A program made the position numbers and the translations under genes. A model generated the notes under the pieces. It was not told where the DNA came from. It did not search any database and saw only the letters and a program-made list of their open reading frames with translations. From the sequence record PP496444.1: a stretch of DNA of 64,000 nt, one strand, 5' to 3'. Every line of letters starts with the position of its first letter. Within the stretch, counting starts at the first letter, position 1. Shown here piece by piece: positions 1 to 10,600 of the stretch.

Positions 1-2251
1 ACTTGTCAGTCACCTTGACGTGCGGCGCATACAGCGCAGCAAACGAGGTGTTCGCGTTCAGAACCGACTGGCGGTAGTTCGCGATCTGATTCAAGTAGTC
101 CGCGGATGCCTCAGCAGCGTACGGGCAAGACAGGATAGCTACGCAGTCCATGCGCTGCTCTGCCAGTGCGATCAGTGCCTTGGCATACGATGCCGTAGCG
201 CGGCCACCATCCAGAAGGAGGGTGATTGGCAAGCCTTGCAGCTTGTCCAGTGCCTTGATCATCTCGGAGTCGGTCACCGCAGTACCGTCGTCACCACCAC
301 CTACGTAGATACCGTAAGGGGCCGACCCGTCGTCTTTGGTGATCAGGGAAGCATCACCTGCGTCCACGGTGAACGTGATGGTCACCTTAGATGCCGCAGC
401 GGTTACTGTGTCGATGGTAGGTACACCATCGTACGTGGCAGCAGCGATCAGAGCAGCAACCTCGGCAGCGGTATCAGCGCTGTACGGGATGGTTACCTTG
501 ACGCCCGCCAGTTCAACGATCTCGTCGTTGCCGGAAGTGTTACCCGACAGAATCACGAAGGACTGTTGCTCTGCGACTGCATCCACGCCTGCCACGAAGC
601 GGCGAACGATGGAGCAAGACGTGGTGCTGATGGTCGATGGAACGGTCTTGACCGGCAAGTCCGCATCCTTGGCCGCAGTCTTGTAGGTCACCAGAACCTT
701 GGCGCCGTCAGCAGCGACCGACGCGAAGTCTGCCACGGTGGTGTAGTTGCTGTTCGCAATGGACGCAGCAACGTCTGCCAAGTTGGTGCTGGCAGCAGTG
801 ACCTGAGTGACCACACCGTTTAGAGTGAAGTCTTCGATAGCGCCCGAGTTGTTGGCAGCGTTGACGTTGAACGACACGATCTTCGGCTTCTCAGCCTGTG
901 GTGCCACATACGGCTGCGTTACAGCAGGTGCGCCGAAAGTGGTGGTGTTGCCACCTGGGTTGGTCAGGCTGGTCGCTGCGTTCTCAGCAGAAACTTTGTA
1001 CGTCACCTGAACCGTGGTGTTGTTGATCACCGAGACGCTTTGGATCAGCGTGTCTGCAGCGTACGAAGCCGAGGCAATCGCAGCAGCTACAGCGGCAGCA
1101 GTGGTCGCGGCCAGAGGCACGGTGACCGTGGTGCTACCCAGAGTGAACTGTTCGTCCGCACCCGAGCTGTTGCCCGAGTTGACCAAGAAGGTCCACTTCT
1201 TGCCGACGCCAGTTACCGCAGCAGCGTAAGCCTGAACGACGGTGAAGCCGCTGGTACGAACGCTCTCCGGCTTGCCGACGATAAAGGACGATGGCGAACC
1301 AGCGGCCTCTTTCATGGTCAGGGTGACCACGGCGCCCGACGCTTCCACCTTGTCCACTGCCGGAATGGTTGCCCACTCGGTAGATGTTGCGATAGCCGAA
1401 GCCAGCGCAGACGTGGTGGTAGCGTTAGCCGGGATGTTGATGTTGATGGTCTTGCCGACGCCCGTAACCTTCAGCTTCAACACCTGACCAGTGCTGTTGC
1501 CAGACTGAACGGTGAACGACTGTTGCTGAACGGTCGCAGCCTTGCTGGCTACGAAGTCGCGGGTTTGAGTCAGGTCGCCGAATGCCACGGTCGTAACCTT
1601 GGTGTTCTTCGGCAGCAGCTTCTCGTCCGCGATTGGGTTGGAGACCCAACGGATGTAAGCCGACGATGCCAGAGCGGTCTCGACGTACATCGATTGGCCC
1701 AGCCCGTTGACCGCGCCTTGCAGACGGGACACTTCAAACGACTCGACCAGCGCGCCGTAGAAGTACACACGAATGCGGAACGGGTTGTAAGCAGGGGTCT
1801 GCTTGGTGACACGGTCGATGATCACCGAGATGTTCGAGGACCATGCACCTGGGCTCGACGCGTAGATCAAACCAGCGTCATCCACGGTGAACGGGTAGTC
1901 CTCTGGGTCGGTCAGGTCTTGGCTCGGAACGCGAACGTCCTGATCCGAAGTGGAGACCGGGATGAGCAAGCCACCTACCAGCGTCTGCGAACCGGCGCGG
2001 ATTACCCAGAGCTTGTTGGAAGCCTGCAGGAATGTCGCGGCGGAATACATGGCCAGGTCGGCGCCGATACGGATACTGGAGTTCTCCGTATAATTCTGAA
2101 TCAGATCCTGCTCGGAAGTCGTCAACTTCGCTTCTTCCTGCGACCCTCGCGGGGCACCTGGAAGTACGATTGCGCCGTATACACCCGGCGAACTTGCAAC
2201 CGTAGTCGAGATGTTGATTTCCGAGAGGGTTACCTTTGCTGCACCACTCAT
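1..2251 (-). CDS. Contractile tail sheath protein, partial (runs off the left edge), with four inserted Ig-like repeats
   Basis: Absent from the ORF track because there is no stop in the window. Manual translation from ATG 2251: MSGAAKVTLSEINISTTVASSPGVYGAIVL...FLQASNKLWVIRAG...YASSPGAWSSNISV...ESFEVSR...YVGGDDGTAV...LLLDGG...EQRMDCVAIL...ANTSFAALYAPHVKVTDK. These are typical sheath motifs. Confidence 0.9.
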   Translation of the reverse strand, partial: MSGAAKVTLSEINISTTVASSPGVYGAIVLPGAPRGSQEEAKLTTSEQDLIQNYTENSSIRIGADLAMYSAATFLQASNKLWVIRAGSQTLVGGLLIPVSTSDQDVRVPSQDLTDPEDYPFTVDDAGLIYASSPGAWSSNISVIIDRVTKQTPAYNPFRIRVYFYGALVESFEVSRLQGAVNGLGQSMYVETALASSAYIRWVSNPIADEKLLPKNTKVTTVAFGDLTQTRDFVASKAATVQQQSFTVQSGNSTGQVLKLKVTGVGKTININIPANATTTSALASAIATSTEWATIPAVDKVEASGAVVTLTMKEAAGSPSSFIVGKPESVRTSGFTVVQAYAAAVTGVGKKWTFLVNSGNSSGADEQFTLGSTTVTVPLAATTAAAVAAAIASASYAADTLIQSVSVINNTTVQVTYKVSAENAATSLTNPGGNTTTFGAPAVTQPYVAPQAEKPKIVSFNVNAANNSGAIEDFTLNGVVTQVTAASTNLADVAASIANSNYTTVADFASVAADGAKVLVTYKTAAKDADLPVKTVPSTISTTSCSIVRRFVAGVDAVAEQQSFVILSGNTSGNDEIVELAGVKVTIPYSADTAAEVAALIAAATYDGVPTIDTVTAAASKVTITFTVDAGDASLITKDDGSAPYGIYVGGGDDGTAVTDSEMIKALDKLQGLPITLLLDGGRATASYAKALIALAEQRMDCVAILSCPYAAEASADYLNQIANYRQSVLNANTSFAALYAPHVKVTDK

Positions 2252-2272
2252 AGTGATTCCCTCGATGGAATG

Positions 2273-2461
2273 TTAGGCCTGGATTTGTTCGGTGACCTTA
2301 CCCGGCAGCGGGTAGACCAACTGATCACGATCCAGACGTTTCAGGACGCCGAGCGGCGGCAGGGTAACGGAATCTTTTCCTTCCGGCCCATAGGCCAGCT
2401 GGATAGGGTGCTTCGCCGTCGAATACAGGTTGACGTACACTTTTTCTTGATCAGACATCAC
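2273..2461 (-). CDS. Small hypothetical protein in the structural operon
   Basis: 62-aa ORF tightly packed between structural genes, followed by the sheath RBS. Confidence 0.6.
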   Translation of the reverse strand: MMSDQEKVYVNLYSTAKHPIQLAYGPEGKDSVTLPPLGVLKRLDRDQLVYPLPGKVTEQIQA

Positions 2462-2476
2462 ATCTTCTCCTAACCG

Positions 2477-3169
2477 TTATGGCTTTGGCGTGGGCGTCAG
2501 GTCTATTTCCTTGCGGAACAACACCTCACCCTTACCGTTTTCACCTTCATCAAGCTGAGCAACGAAGATAATCTTCGAGCTGTTCTTGAGCTTCGTGTCG
2601 TACTTGCCACCGTCACTGGAGACGAAGCCGTGGACAGTAATGTCTACGTTGAACACGAACGCCGATACGTCCTGACCCGCCTTCGACTTGGGAGGCAATG
2701 TCAGGTCGCCACCGACTTGAGACTCAATAGTGAACTCGATACCTCGATACTCAAGCGTGAAATCCAGCAGGCTGAAATGCTGCATGAACTTCGCGTCACT
2801 GATGAATTTTAGCGCTCTCAGGTAATCGTCGGTAGCGAACTCCAGAACCATGCCCATCGTAACCGGGATGATACTGATTGCGTATTCTCGATCAGCGTCC
2901 TTGACAGCGAAGCGGTTAACAATGCCTCGCGCTGTCACATTGGGGCGGTGTCGATTGGAATCGCCAACGGTGCCGTAAGTCAGGTAAGCGAAAGGAAACT
3001 CTGGTTTCTTTTCCTTGCTCTGAACGAAGACATCGTATGCTTCTTCCCGAGTCCGGATCTTGACACTGTCTTTAGCGAGATCAAGTCCTTCTTCGACACG
3101 ACGGCACAAACCCGCCAGTACGAATACCTCAATGGGCTTGATCCGGGTACTTGCTGAAGACTTAGCCAT
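2477..3169 (-). CDS. Virion structural protein, possibly tail terminator/completion protein
   Basis: 230 aa; position between capsid and sheath genes; FPFAYL motif and beta-rich pattern. Function inferred from synteny. Confidence 0.45.
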   Translation of the reverse strand: MAKSSASTRIKPIEVFVLAGLCRRVEEGLDLAKDSVKIRTREEAYDVFVQSKEKKPEFPFAYLTYGTVGDSNRHRPNVTARGIVNRFAVKDADREYAISIIPVTMGMVLEFATDDYLRALKFISDAKFMQHFSLLDFTLEYRGIEFTIESQVGGDLTLPPKSKAGQDVSAFVFNVDITVHGFVSSDGGKYDTKLKNSSKIIFVAQLDEGENGKGEVLFRKEIDLTPTPKP

Positions 3170-3180
3170 TTTCTACCTCG

Positions 3181-3217
3181 AAAAAAGGGTGGGTGGGCGG
3201 TAACACCCACCCACCCT
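3181..3217 (-). terminator. Intrinsic terminator after the capsid gene
   Basis: Stem AGGGTGGGTGGG/CCCACCCACCCT (3186-3217) followed by a T6 tract on the minus strand. Confidence 0.8.
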
Positions 3218-3238
3218 ATATCACCTGACGTGCTGTGG

Positions 3239-4327
3239 TTACTGGCGGATAGCCTTGGTCACAGTGCGAGAGTTGATGATGGACATCGCGGTCAGCTGGC
3301 TCATGGTCCAACCACGACCTGGGAAGCGCTCGGTGGTCTCGTCGATTGGGCGAGCCTCGATGCCATCACGGTCGGAGTAAACACCATGGTTCTCTGGCGA
3401 GGAAACCACGTACATCTCGCCACGGCCCAACACCTTGTGTTGGGAATGACGGAACTGGTCAGTGATCACTTCCAGGCCGTACACGTTACCGATGTTGCCG
3501 GTTTGAATCAGCTCTTCGGCGTACGAGGTGGCGTTGAAAGTGTTGACCCAACTTTCTTCACTGATGATGTCGGTCAGGATGTCCGACGAGATCAGCCAGA
3601 ATGCCGCTGGCAGGCCCCACTGGGTGATGTTACTCACCATGTTGGCCAGAGCGCGAGTGGTCACCTGACCGGCGAGGATGGTCTGCTCGTTGGCTACGCC
3701 GACCGACGCATCGGCCAGACGTTTCCACAGACGGTCTTCGGCGACCATGAACGCTTCCAGCGTGGAGATGTACGTACGGTCGAGCAGGGTGGCCGGGCCG
3801 CGAGCCAGGTCTTTCTGTTCGATGTACGGACGCGCTTGGAGATAGAACTCTTGCGGGTAGTACACGTTGTCGCGAACCAGGTGGGTCGCAACTTGGGCAG
3901 GACCAGTCGAGAGGACCGCGACGGACTGCTTCATGTCCACGGTGACTTTCGGCTCTTGGCCTTGTTCCAGTTCCATGCGTTGCAGCAGACGGCGTGCGAA
4001 GCCGTCACGGTTGCCGGTCACTTGCATTTCGGCGGCGAACACTTCGCCCAGTGCAACCAGCTCTTCTTTGCTGGCGAATGCAGCTTCAACCATCTCGCGC
4101 TTGCGGGCGGCAGCAGCCGAAGCAGTTTCAACCTGCTTTTCGGTGGTCAGGACGTTGCCTTGCTGCGAAGCGCTGGCCAGTGCCTGGAGCATGCCAAACA
4201 GTTCTTTGTTCGACCCGGCGTTGAACTCGCCGTTCTGGCCAACCAGCTTACCGCCGCCTGCCATGGACAGTTCGGTGATGATGCTCGGACGGCTGACGGA
4301 CAGCCCTTTAAGTTGCAATGCTTTCAT
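3239..4327 (-). CDS. Major capsid protein (HK97 fold, jumbo-phage type)
   Basis: 362 aa; strongly biased codons; downstream terminator; helical N-terminal extension; LEAFMVAEDRLW, TGNIGNVYGLEVITD and GEMYVVSSPENHG segments; order scaffold-decoration-capsid. Confidence 0.75.
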   Translation of the reverse strand: MKALQLKGLSVSRPSIITELSMAGGGKLVGQNGEFNAGSNKELFGMLQALASASQQGNVLTTEKQVETASAAAARKREMVEAAFASKEELVALGEVFAAEMQVTGNRDGFARRLLQRMELEQGQEPKVTVDMKQSVAVLSTGPAQVATHLVRDNVYYPQEFYLQARPYIEQKDLARGPATLLDRTYISTLEAFMVAEDRLWKRLADASVGVANEQTILAGQVTTRALANMVSNITQWGLPAAFWLISSDILTDIISEESWVNTFNATSYAEELIQTGNIGNVYGLEVITDQFRHSQHKVLGRGEMYVVSSPENHGVYSDRDGIEARPIDETTERFPGRGWTMSQLTAMSIINSRTVTKAIRQ

Positions 4328-4390
4328 GAGGTTTTAATCCTGTGCAGGAAAATCAGAAGACCTTGTCTGTATGGATAAGGCTAACTAGCC

Positions 4391-5098
4391 TTACAGCAGG
4401 ACCAGTTTCAGGAACGGATAGCCTTCATCCGGGGCTTTCAGAACAGCAACGCCTTGCAGCACGGTGCCGTTGCCGCCGCTGGTGAACAGGCCGTTCGCGC
4501 CGAGGGTGACAACGGTCTCTGGGGACCAGTCAACGTTGGTGTCGAATTCGGAAGTCGCCAGTTCGCCTTTGGTGATGGCGGTGGTAATCCCGAGGAAGGC
4601 AGCCGCGGTGCGACCGGCAGACTGTTCGCCTTGCAGCGAAGCAGCTTCTACGACGGTCGGCGTGTAGCGATAGCCAGCCTGAATCGCTTGGTCTTTCTGT
4701 GCAGCGTTCAGCGTGACGGTCTTGCCGTCCGACGCGAGGCTGAACTTGCCAGCGGTGGCAGCATCACCAACGGTCAGCGTGGTCTTGGTGCCGTTGGCAG
4801 CAGTAGCCACCAGGCGCAGCGAACCGGCATCGGCGACAGCCTTGTCCAGCACCAGTGTAGTGCTGTTACGGTTGGCTTCGAAACCTTGCAGCTTCGGCAG
4901 GAAGTCCGGGAACTGGGTCTGGTTGATGTTGATACCGAAGAAGCGCTCACCGGTAACACCAGTGGAGGGCTTGACTGCCAACTCGCCGTCGGCGCCGGTA
5001 GTGATAACCAGAGCGCAACCTTCGTTGGTCAATTCGATCCCTTCAGCCACTTGGACTGGTTGGGATTCACGCAGATGAACGACGTCAAAACTGAGCAT
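4391..5098 (-). CDS. Head decoration/cement-like protein
   Basis: 235 aa, Ala/Gly/Thr-rich beta protein directly upstream of the capsid gene; C-terminal TLGANGLFT..VAVLKAP pattern. Confidence 0.5.
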   Translation of the reverse strand: MLSFDVVHLRESQPVQVAEGIELTNEGCALVITTGADGELAVKPSTGVTGERFFGININQTQFPDFLPKLQGFEANRNSTTLVLDKAVADAGSLRLVATAANGTKTTLTVGDAATAGKFSLASDGKTVTLNAAQKDQAIQAGYRYTPTVVEAASLQGEQSAGRTAAAFLGITTAITKGELATSEFDTNVDWSPETVVTLGANGLFTSGGNGTVLQGVAVLKAPDEGYPFLKLVLL

Positions 5099-5159
5099 GG
5101 TACGTTCCTCAAAGGAAGGATAGATAAAAACGGATGATTGTCTTGGGTTAGATCAACCC

Positions 5160-6680
5160 TTAACTGATGCGGAACATGCCGCCCTTGGCGAGTTCACGCA
5201 CACGCGAGTTACCTTGCTGAACGGGTTCATTCAGGAAAGACGCAGTGGTGACTTGACGCAGCGGGGTCTCGAGCTGGTTTTCCAACTGCGCAGTAGAAGC
5301 CTGACGGCCAGTGCTACGCTTTGAAGAACCTACTGGAGTGGTGGAAGCGATGGTTTCCGCCAGGTCATTCAAGCTGCTCGGGTCGCGAGCTGCCAGTGTC
5401 TGAGCCAGCGCGAGGACGTTTTGGTTATGTTCGTCTTCGGTATCCGCCAAAGCGCTCTCAACCATAGCTTGCGCGTTCTGAACACCGGCGGTGGTCAAAT
5501 CGGCAATCAGGCGTTCCTTCACTTTGTGTGGGGTGTTGTGGAAGAACCCACGGGTCATACCAGCTGTTGCCAGCTGAAGGCCATGCAGCAGTCGTTCGGT
5601 CTTGTCACCAACAGTGTCGGCAACTTCGGCAGCAGCGACAGCCTTAGCCTTTTCTTGCACGAATGCCTTCGCCATCGCGGCGGGGGCCTGGAAGCTGTTG
5701 CGGCGGAAGCCGTAGCTGGCCAGAGTCGCGTCCAAACCATCCTTGTTGAACGTCTGTGCGATTGCTTCCATGTACGCTGGTTCGCCGAAGATATCGGCGT
5801 TGGCGGTTTCCGCAGTCTTGTGCAGAACAGCCACGGTCTGATCGTTGACGTTAGCCAAGATCTTACCGTTCAGCGGGATGAACTCAGCAGTCGCGTCTTC
5901 ACTCAGGCCAACCGAGGCCATCGCTTCGAGAACGTCGATGTTCATATCTTCGGGCTCGTCACATTGGTCGGGATTCTGCGTGGACTGGATGACTTCGGCC
6001 TCTTCAACATCATTGGCTTCGTCGTCCGACTCATCTTCCTCGTCGTCAGCGGCGGATGCAACCACCGGCTTCTGCTTCGGCATGATGATCATCGGATTGT
6101 CTTCGGCGGAAGCTTCTTCCGACTCATCGTCGTCAGCTTCGTTCGATTCGTCGTCTTCCAGTTCTTCGTCGTCGGCGCTGGTGTCGTCAGCATCTTCTTC
6201 CGAGTCGTCTTCCGAGTCGTCGTCAGCGCTGGCTTCTTCGGCGGGTTGATCGCCGTCCCAGGCCCAATCACCGTCGGCCTCTTCTTCGTCAGTCGCTGAA
6301 TCATCTTCGGCGCCTGCGAGAGTGACGTTGGTGTTCAGTAGCATCCCCGTACCGCATTCAACACAGCAGATCTCTACGTGGCCTTCTTTGTTAACTGGCA
6401 TTTGCGCCAGCTCTTCATCGAACATCACGTTAGCCACGGTGCACTGACGGCACTGCGCACTGGTGAGGCTTGCTTCTTCTGTCTCGTGAAAGACGGAAGC
6501 AGTAATTGCCTCGGCGCGCTGTTTCGTGGCTGGACTGCCGCAGTGACCGCAGAACGGATCGCACCCCGCCAACGCAATCGTTTCCTCTTTGCAGTGACCG
6601 CACTGGTATGAAGCCAGTACAGCTTGCTTGAGGCTACGCATGGTTGGGGCGTGAGAAGCGATCATGGTGAGCTTCGGCAT
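5160..6680 (-). CDS. Prohead scaffold/core-like protein with four CxxC motifs and an acidic linker
   Basis: Start ATG 6680 (AGGAG upstream); CGHC, CGHC, CRQC, CVEC; long D/E tract; helical C-terminus; first gene of the head operon. Confidence 0.55.
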   Translation of the reverse strand: MPKLTMIASHAPTMRSLKQAVLASYQCGHCKEETIALAGCDPFCGHCGSPATKQRAEAITASVFHETEEASLTSAQCRQCTVANVMFDEELAQMPVNKEGHVEICCVECGTGMLLNTNVTLAGAEDDSATDEEEADGDWAWDGDQPAEEASADDDSEDDSEEDADDTSADDEELEDDESNEADDDESEEASAEDNPMIIMPKQKPVVASAADDEEDESDDEANDVEEAEVIQSTQNPDQCDEPEDMNIDVLEAMASVGLSEDATAEFIPLNGKILANVNDQTVAVLHKTAETANADIFGEPAYMEAIAQTFNKDGLDATLASYGFRRNSFQAPAAMAKAFVQEKAKAVAAAEVADTVGDKTERLLHGLQLATAGMTRGFFHNTPHKVKERLIADLTTAGVQNAQAMVESALADTEDEHNQNVLALAQTLAARDPSSLNDLAETIASTTPVGSSKRSTGRQASTAQLENQLETPLRQVTTASFLNEPVQQGNSRVRELAKGGMFRIS

Positions 6681-7007
6681 GCGAAGTGCTCCTCTTGCTG
6701 TCAATGGGCTGCTACACACTATAAGCATGAGCAGATCTTCGAGCAGGCCACCTCGACGGCCCCTGCTACAGTAAACTCGGATTCACCCCTCCACGCGTAT
6801 ATAACGTTTTGGGAACAACTGAAATTACATACGACCAGAGTGCCATACTGCCCATACCTGCGTCAAAACGCCCATTTGCCACTATGTCGGGATAAGCCGT
6901 CCCAAGTGTGCGCTAAGTCATTGATTACCTTGACAATTTATTGGGGAGTGGGTGGCCCCCTAATTCGTGGAAATTCAGGTATTTTGGCTATATCTGCGTC
7001 AAAGTGC

Positions 7008-7036
7008 TTGACAAACGGTTCCAGGCACCGTATACT
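7008..7036 (+). promoter_or_regulatory. Sigma70-type promoter
   Basis: TTGACA (7008-13), 17 nt, TATACT (7031-36), upstream of the SWIM gene. Confidence 0.85.
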
Positions 7037-7098
7037 GCGCATGCACGTTACTATTCCAGCGTGTACGTCCAGCGCCCACCGGGCATCAAGGAACCGAT

Positions 7099-7575
7099 AT
7101 GAAGAGTTTGATTCGACGCAAAGAAGGGTTTTACACGGAGTTGTTGGCCGGTGCTAAAGACCCAGTGACCCTTTCCAAGACTGCATTCAACCGTGGACTG
7201 ACCCGGATCGTTGCATCTATTACGAGCAGTGTGAAGCTGCGGTTCGTAGTAGATTCCGAAACCGGTGATGCGGAATACCGGGTGAGAGTGAAGTTCCAGA
7301 AAAGCCAGCTGACCCGCAAGGGAAGCCCGGCTATCAAGGTGGGGAGGGTACTGGTGCCCGTTGATCTTGACAGCATCGCAGTGCATTGCACATGTCAGGA
7401 CTTTCGGTTCACCTGGTACACCTATTTGAAGAACGCGGGGCACGCTGCCGGTTGGTTCAAGCAGGTGGAGTTGAAAGGTTCTGGCCGCACTCGGGAAGCT
7501 GACCACGCAGGTTGCTGCAAGCACATCGCCGGTGTACTGGCAATGGTTGAGCAGAACGTCATCGTCAAGCTGTGA
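7099..7575 (+). CDS. SWIM zinc-finger protein
   Basis: CTCQDF...CCKHIAGVL matches the SWIM CxC-xn-CxH pattern. Confidence 0.75.
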   Translation: MKSLIRRKEGFYTELLAGAKDPVTLSKTAFNRGLTRIVASITSSVKLRFVVDSETGDAEYRVRVKFQKSQLTRKGSPAIKVGRVLVPVDLDSIAVHCTCQDFRFTWYTYLKNAGHAAGWFKQVELKGSGRTREADHAGCCKHIAGVLAMVEQNVIVKL

Positions 7576-7610
7576 CCCAGATGCAGTGAGTAGTACATGA
7601 TAGAGAAAAT

Positions 7611-7646
7611 AAAACCCCGCCGGATTCGCGCCGTGCGGGGTTTTTT
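7611..7646. terminator. Bidirectional terminator between convergent genes
   Basis: AAAA-CCCCGC, 14-nt loop, GCGGGG-TTTTTT. Confidence 0.8.
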
Positions 7647-7663
7647 GTGTCTGCGATTCAGTC

Positions 7664-10600
7664 TTAGGCAAAGTCTTTACGTACCAGCACCAGCGGGACA
7701 CCTATCTTTCTTTCTGCTATCTCAGTGAATTCCTTTAAGTCTTCAACGGACAAGGGGGCGTCGGTCATCATCCCATCATGCTCTTGGGCTATCAGTATGT
7801 CTTGGTGCTTGGTATTGAACTCTATCATCACGGCTTGCTCCATGCCGCATAGGATAAAGTGCATGGCCTTCCCTCGCTCACTCCTGTTGATCCATGCCCC
7901 TAGGTGTTTGTCCTGATAGAAGTAAGCGCGCTGCCCTATGGCGTTGACTAGCATCACGGCATGAGCCTTATCTTTCCCTTCCTCCTTGGTCTTATCCAGT
8001 TTCTTTCGCATGCTTGAACTACGTCGAGCGATCAGGTCTATGTTTATAGGCATAGCAGGGTGATCACTTTCTTTCGTATCAGGGTGCCGAAGGAACATAC
8101 GAGTAAGGCTATCCACACACTGAACCACGGGATCAGCCAGCTCTTTTGCACATCCCATCAGTAGGTAAGAGAATTCCACCACTTTACACAACATCGCCGT
8201 CTTGGCGTTGGGGTGCATGTAGGGGAACTTCTTATTTGATTCGAACCAGCCTTCATATAGATCGTTAACCAGCTGCTTGAACACCCTAGACATGCGCAGT
8301 GATCCCAAACTGGTAGAAAGGTTAGAACCATACAAGGTGGATATGAATACTTTCTTACACGCGGACTGTAGAGTAGACACTCCATCATACCCTTGCTTGT
8401 TTAGTCTGACAGCCGCCAACCATTTACTCTGTCTAACTGGTTCTTTGTTGGCTACCCTCCATTCTTCTGTTTCAGGGCAGCGTTCCCATTCGGCTCCAAA
8501 TCTTTCTGCATGAAAATCTTTATCGAACGTTGTAGGTTCCCAGACGTCTTCAAATCCCCTATAGTCTTCGCTATTTACGCTCTGATAAAAACCAAAGTTG
8601 GAGTGTCTAGGGTCGCAATCATCCTCATCCTCGAAGACGGCACGACCGTCCACAATGCGAAAACCATCCCCGTATTCACTTGACAGCCAATCGTACAGAC
8701 TACCCATTCCAGAGTTAGTGGAGAACTCCCCAGCGGTGAAGAACATATACTCCATTGATGTCAGGAGTCCGGGGTGTTTAATCTCAACTAGGTTCAGCAG
8801 GTTTTCTACCCACCTCTTATTCAAGTAGCTATTGAATACCTTATCCGCCTTTGCGATAACTGATTCCTCTACGTAGTGGTTAAGTCGGTCCTTGTACCGA
8901 GTAACCAAAGAATGGACGATCAGAGGATGACAGGAGGCTATGTCATAGTTGTAATACCCAGAGTCCTTCATAATGGCTTGCTTTATGCTACTGGGCAAGG
9001 CACTGAATCCGTTGGGCTGATACAGCCTTGGCGATCTAACTCGAATGACACAATCAGACTGATGGCTTACCCGAAGCTGATCTGATCTGTCTAGACTAGA
9101 CTGAGTGCACCTAAGATTTTCTGGATTGGTTATCTTGTTCAACAGGAACATAACACTGGATACTGCCTGTGTTGACGCTTGCCGTTGGTAAGCTAAGAAT
9201 GCGTCGAACAAACTATTCAGGTCTACTTCAACTTGTTTCTGGGTCAGCAGGGTTGCATACTGCTTAAGGCTTGGCGGGACACTGAGCCTTCCAGACAAAT
9301 CGATACCCTCCGCAATTTCAGCATACGCAGGCTTAGTGTACGGCAGTCGGTTGCATAGGGCCGCACGTCGCATTAATACCTTAGCAGGTACCGGATGATC
9401 CACGGAGTGATATGTCTTTATGTGTTTTAGTCTAGTCCCCCTAGACTGTACTGTCCCGTCAGGGAGTTCTGAGGAGAAAACCATACACACGTCTCCACTT
9501 AGGGAGAAGGCGTATATGCCGTTTGGGATAAGTGTATTCTCACCCACAAGGTTGGACGGCAATTGGGTGATCGTCATTTTTTGACCTGACATTACTCGTT
9601 GAGTATGTTTCCGCCATAGCCGATCAACTCTTGTCCTAGCTTCACTTACGAAGGAACAGATTGATTCCCCCATGCGAAAAGTCTTTGTCTTTCCTCGAAA
9701 GATATCGTGTTCCGTAACCAGCTTCATAATGCCCATCTGGTCTAGGCATTTTAAGACGTCAGGCCATGCGTAGGTTTTCTTGTCTGATTGATCCCAATAG
9801 AATAAGCCTTCGAACCTGCGTTCCCCTTCTCTAGTGCCTAGCCCCCAACCCTCCCCCATGGTTGACCAATCCATTGTGTCGAAGTATTCGCCGCTTAGGT
9901 ATCCTCCGTTATTCTCCAAGTAGCAGGCGACATCGATTTTCCCTTCACGAGACTGATCATCCACCTGTTTATCCTCTCTCCATCTATTCCACTCGTAAAA
10001 GGCTCTGGCCCCCTCCAAGGTTAGGGGTAAGGTTAACTTCACTTTGTCATTTTCTGTTATCGGTATGCCTTTTGATTCCTTCTCCCTGCACATAGCATTA
10101 GAATAGTAACCTCCAGTCATCATCTCATACATGGAGTTAATGGCGTTATCCGTGGGGGAGTCATAGACGGCCTCCCTACCTTTGAAGTATCGATCTAGTA
10201 GCACGGGAAACAAGACTACTAGACGGGAGATTATCATGGCTAGTCCGTAACAACAGTTCGATCTGGGGGTGTACCCTCTAGCCGCCATGCGAATAACCAG
10301 TTCCTCATACGCGTCTAGAATGTAGTATCCCAACTCGGGGGTGACGACGGTAGGAGATCCGATCACTTTTGTATCTAGCCAGCACTTCCCATTAGCCAGT
10401 AGATTCTCCGAAGCATCAAGCGAAGGTTTAATGACGTGGCTACGGATCAGGGGGACTGACGTCTGAACTAAGGGTAAGTCGTCAGTTACTGCTTTGGCTT
10501 CCGGGAAGTGGCGGATGTAGGTAGCCATCGAGTCTAACAATGCCTGGCTGGGATACCCACGGCTGGGATATTTCACATCGGGAATCAGACCAGCTAATGC

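Noticed and set aside
3186-3200. GGGTGGGTGGGCGG as a G-quadruplex
   Set aside because: The fourth run has only two G, and the sequence is fully explained as one arm of a terminator stem
3221-3241. Possible read-through extension of the capsid gene (TAA CCA CAG CAC GTC AGG TGA)
   Set aside because: TAA stop, only five extra codons, and a terminator follows; no evidence of recoding
6000-6310. TCG/TCT/GTC-rich repetitive DNA resembling an array
   Set aside because: It encodes the Asp/Glu tract of the scaffold-like protein; there is no constant repeat-spacer structure, so it is not CRISPR
6930-6960. Second TTGACA upstream of the SWIM gene
   Set aside because: No acceptable -10 hexamer at 16-18 nt
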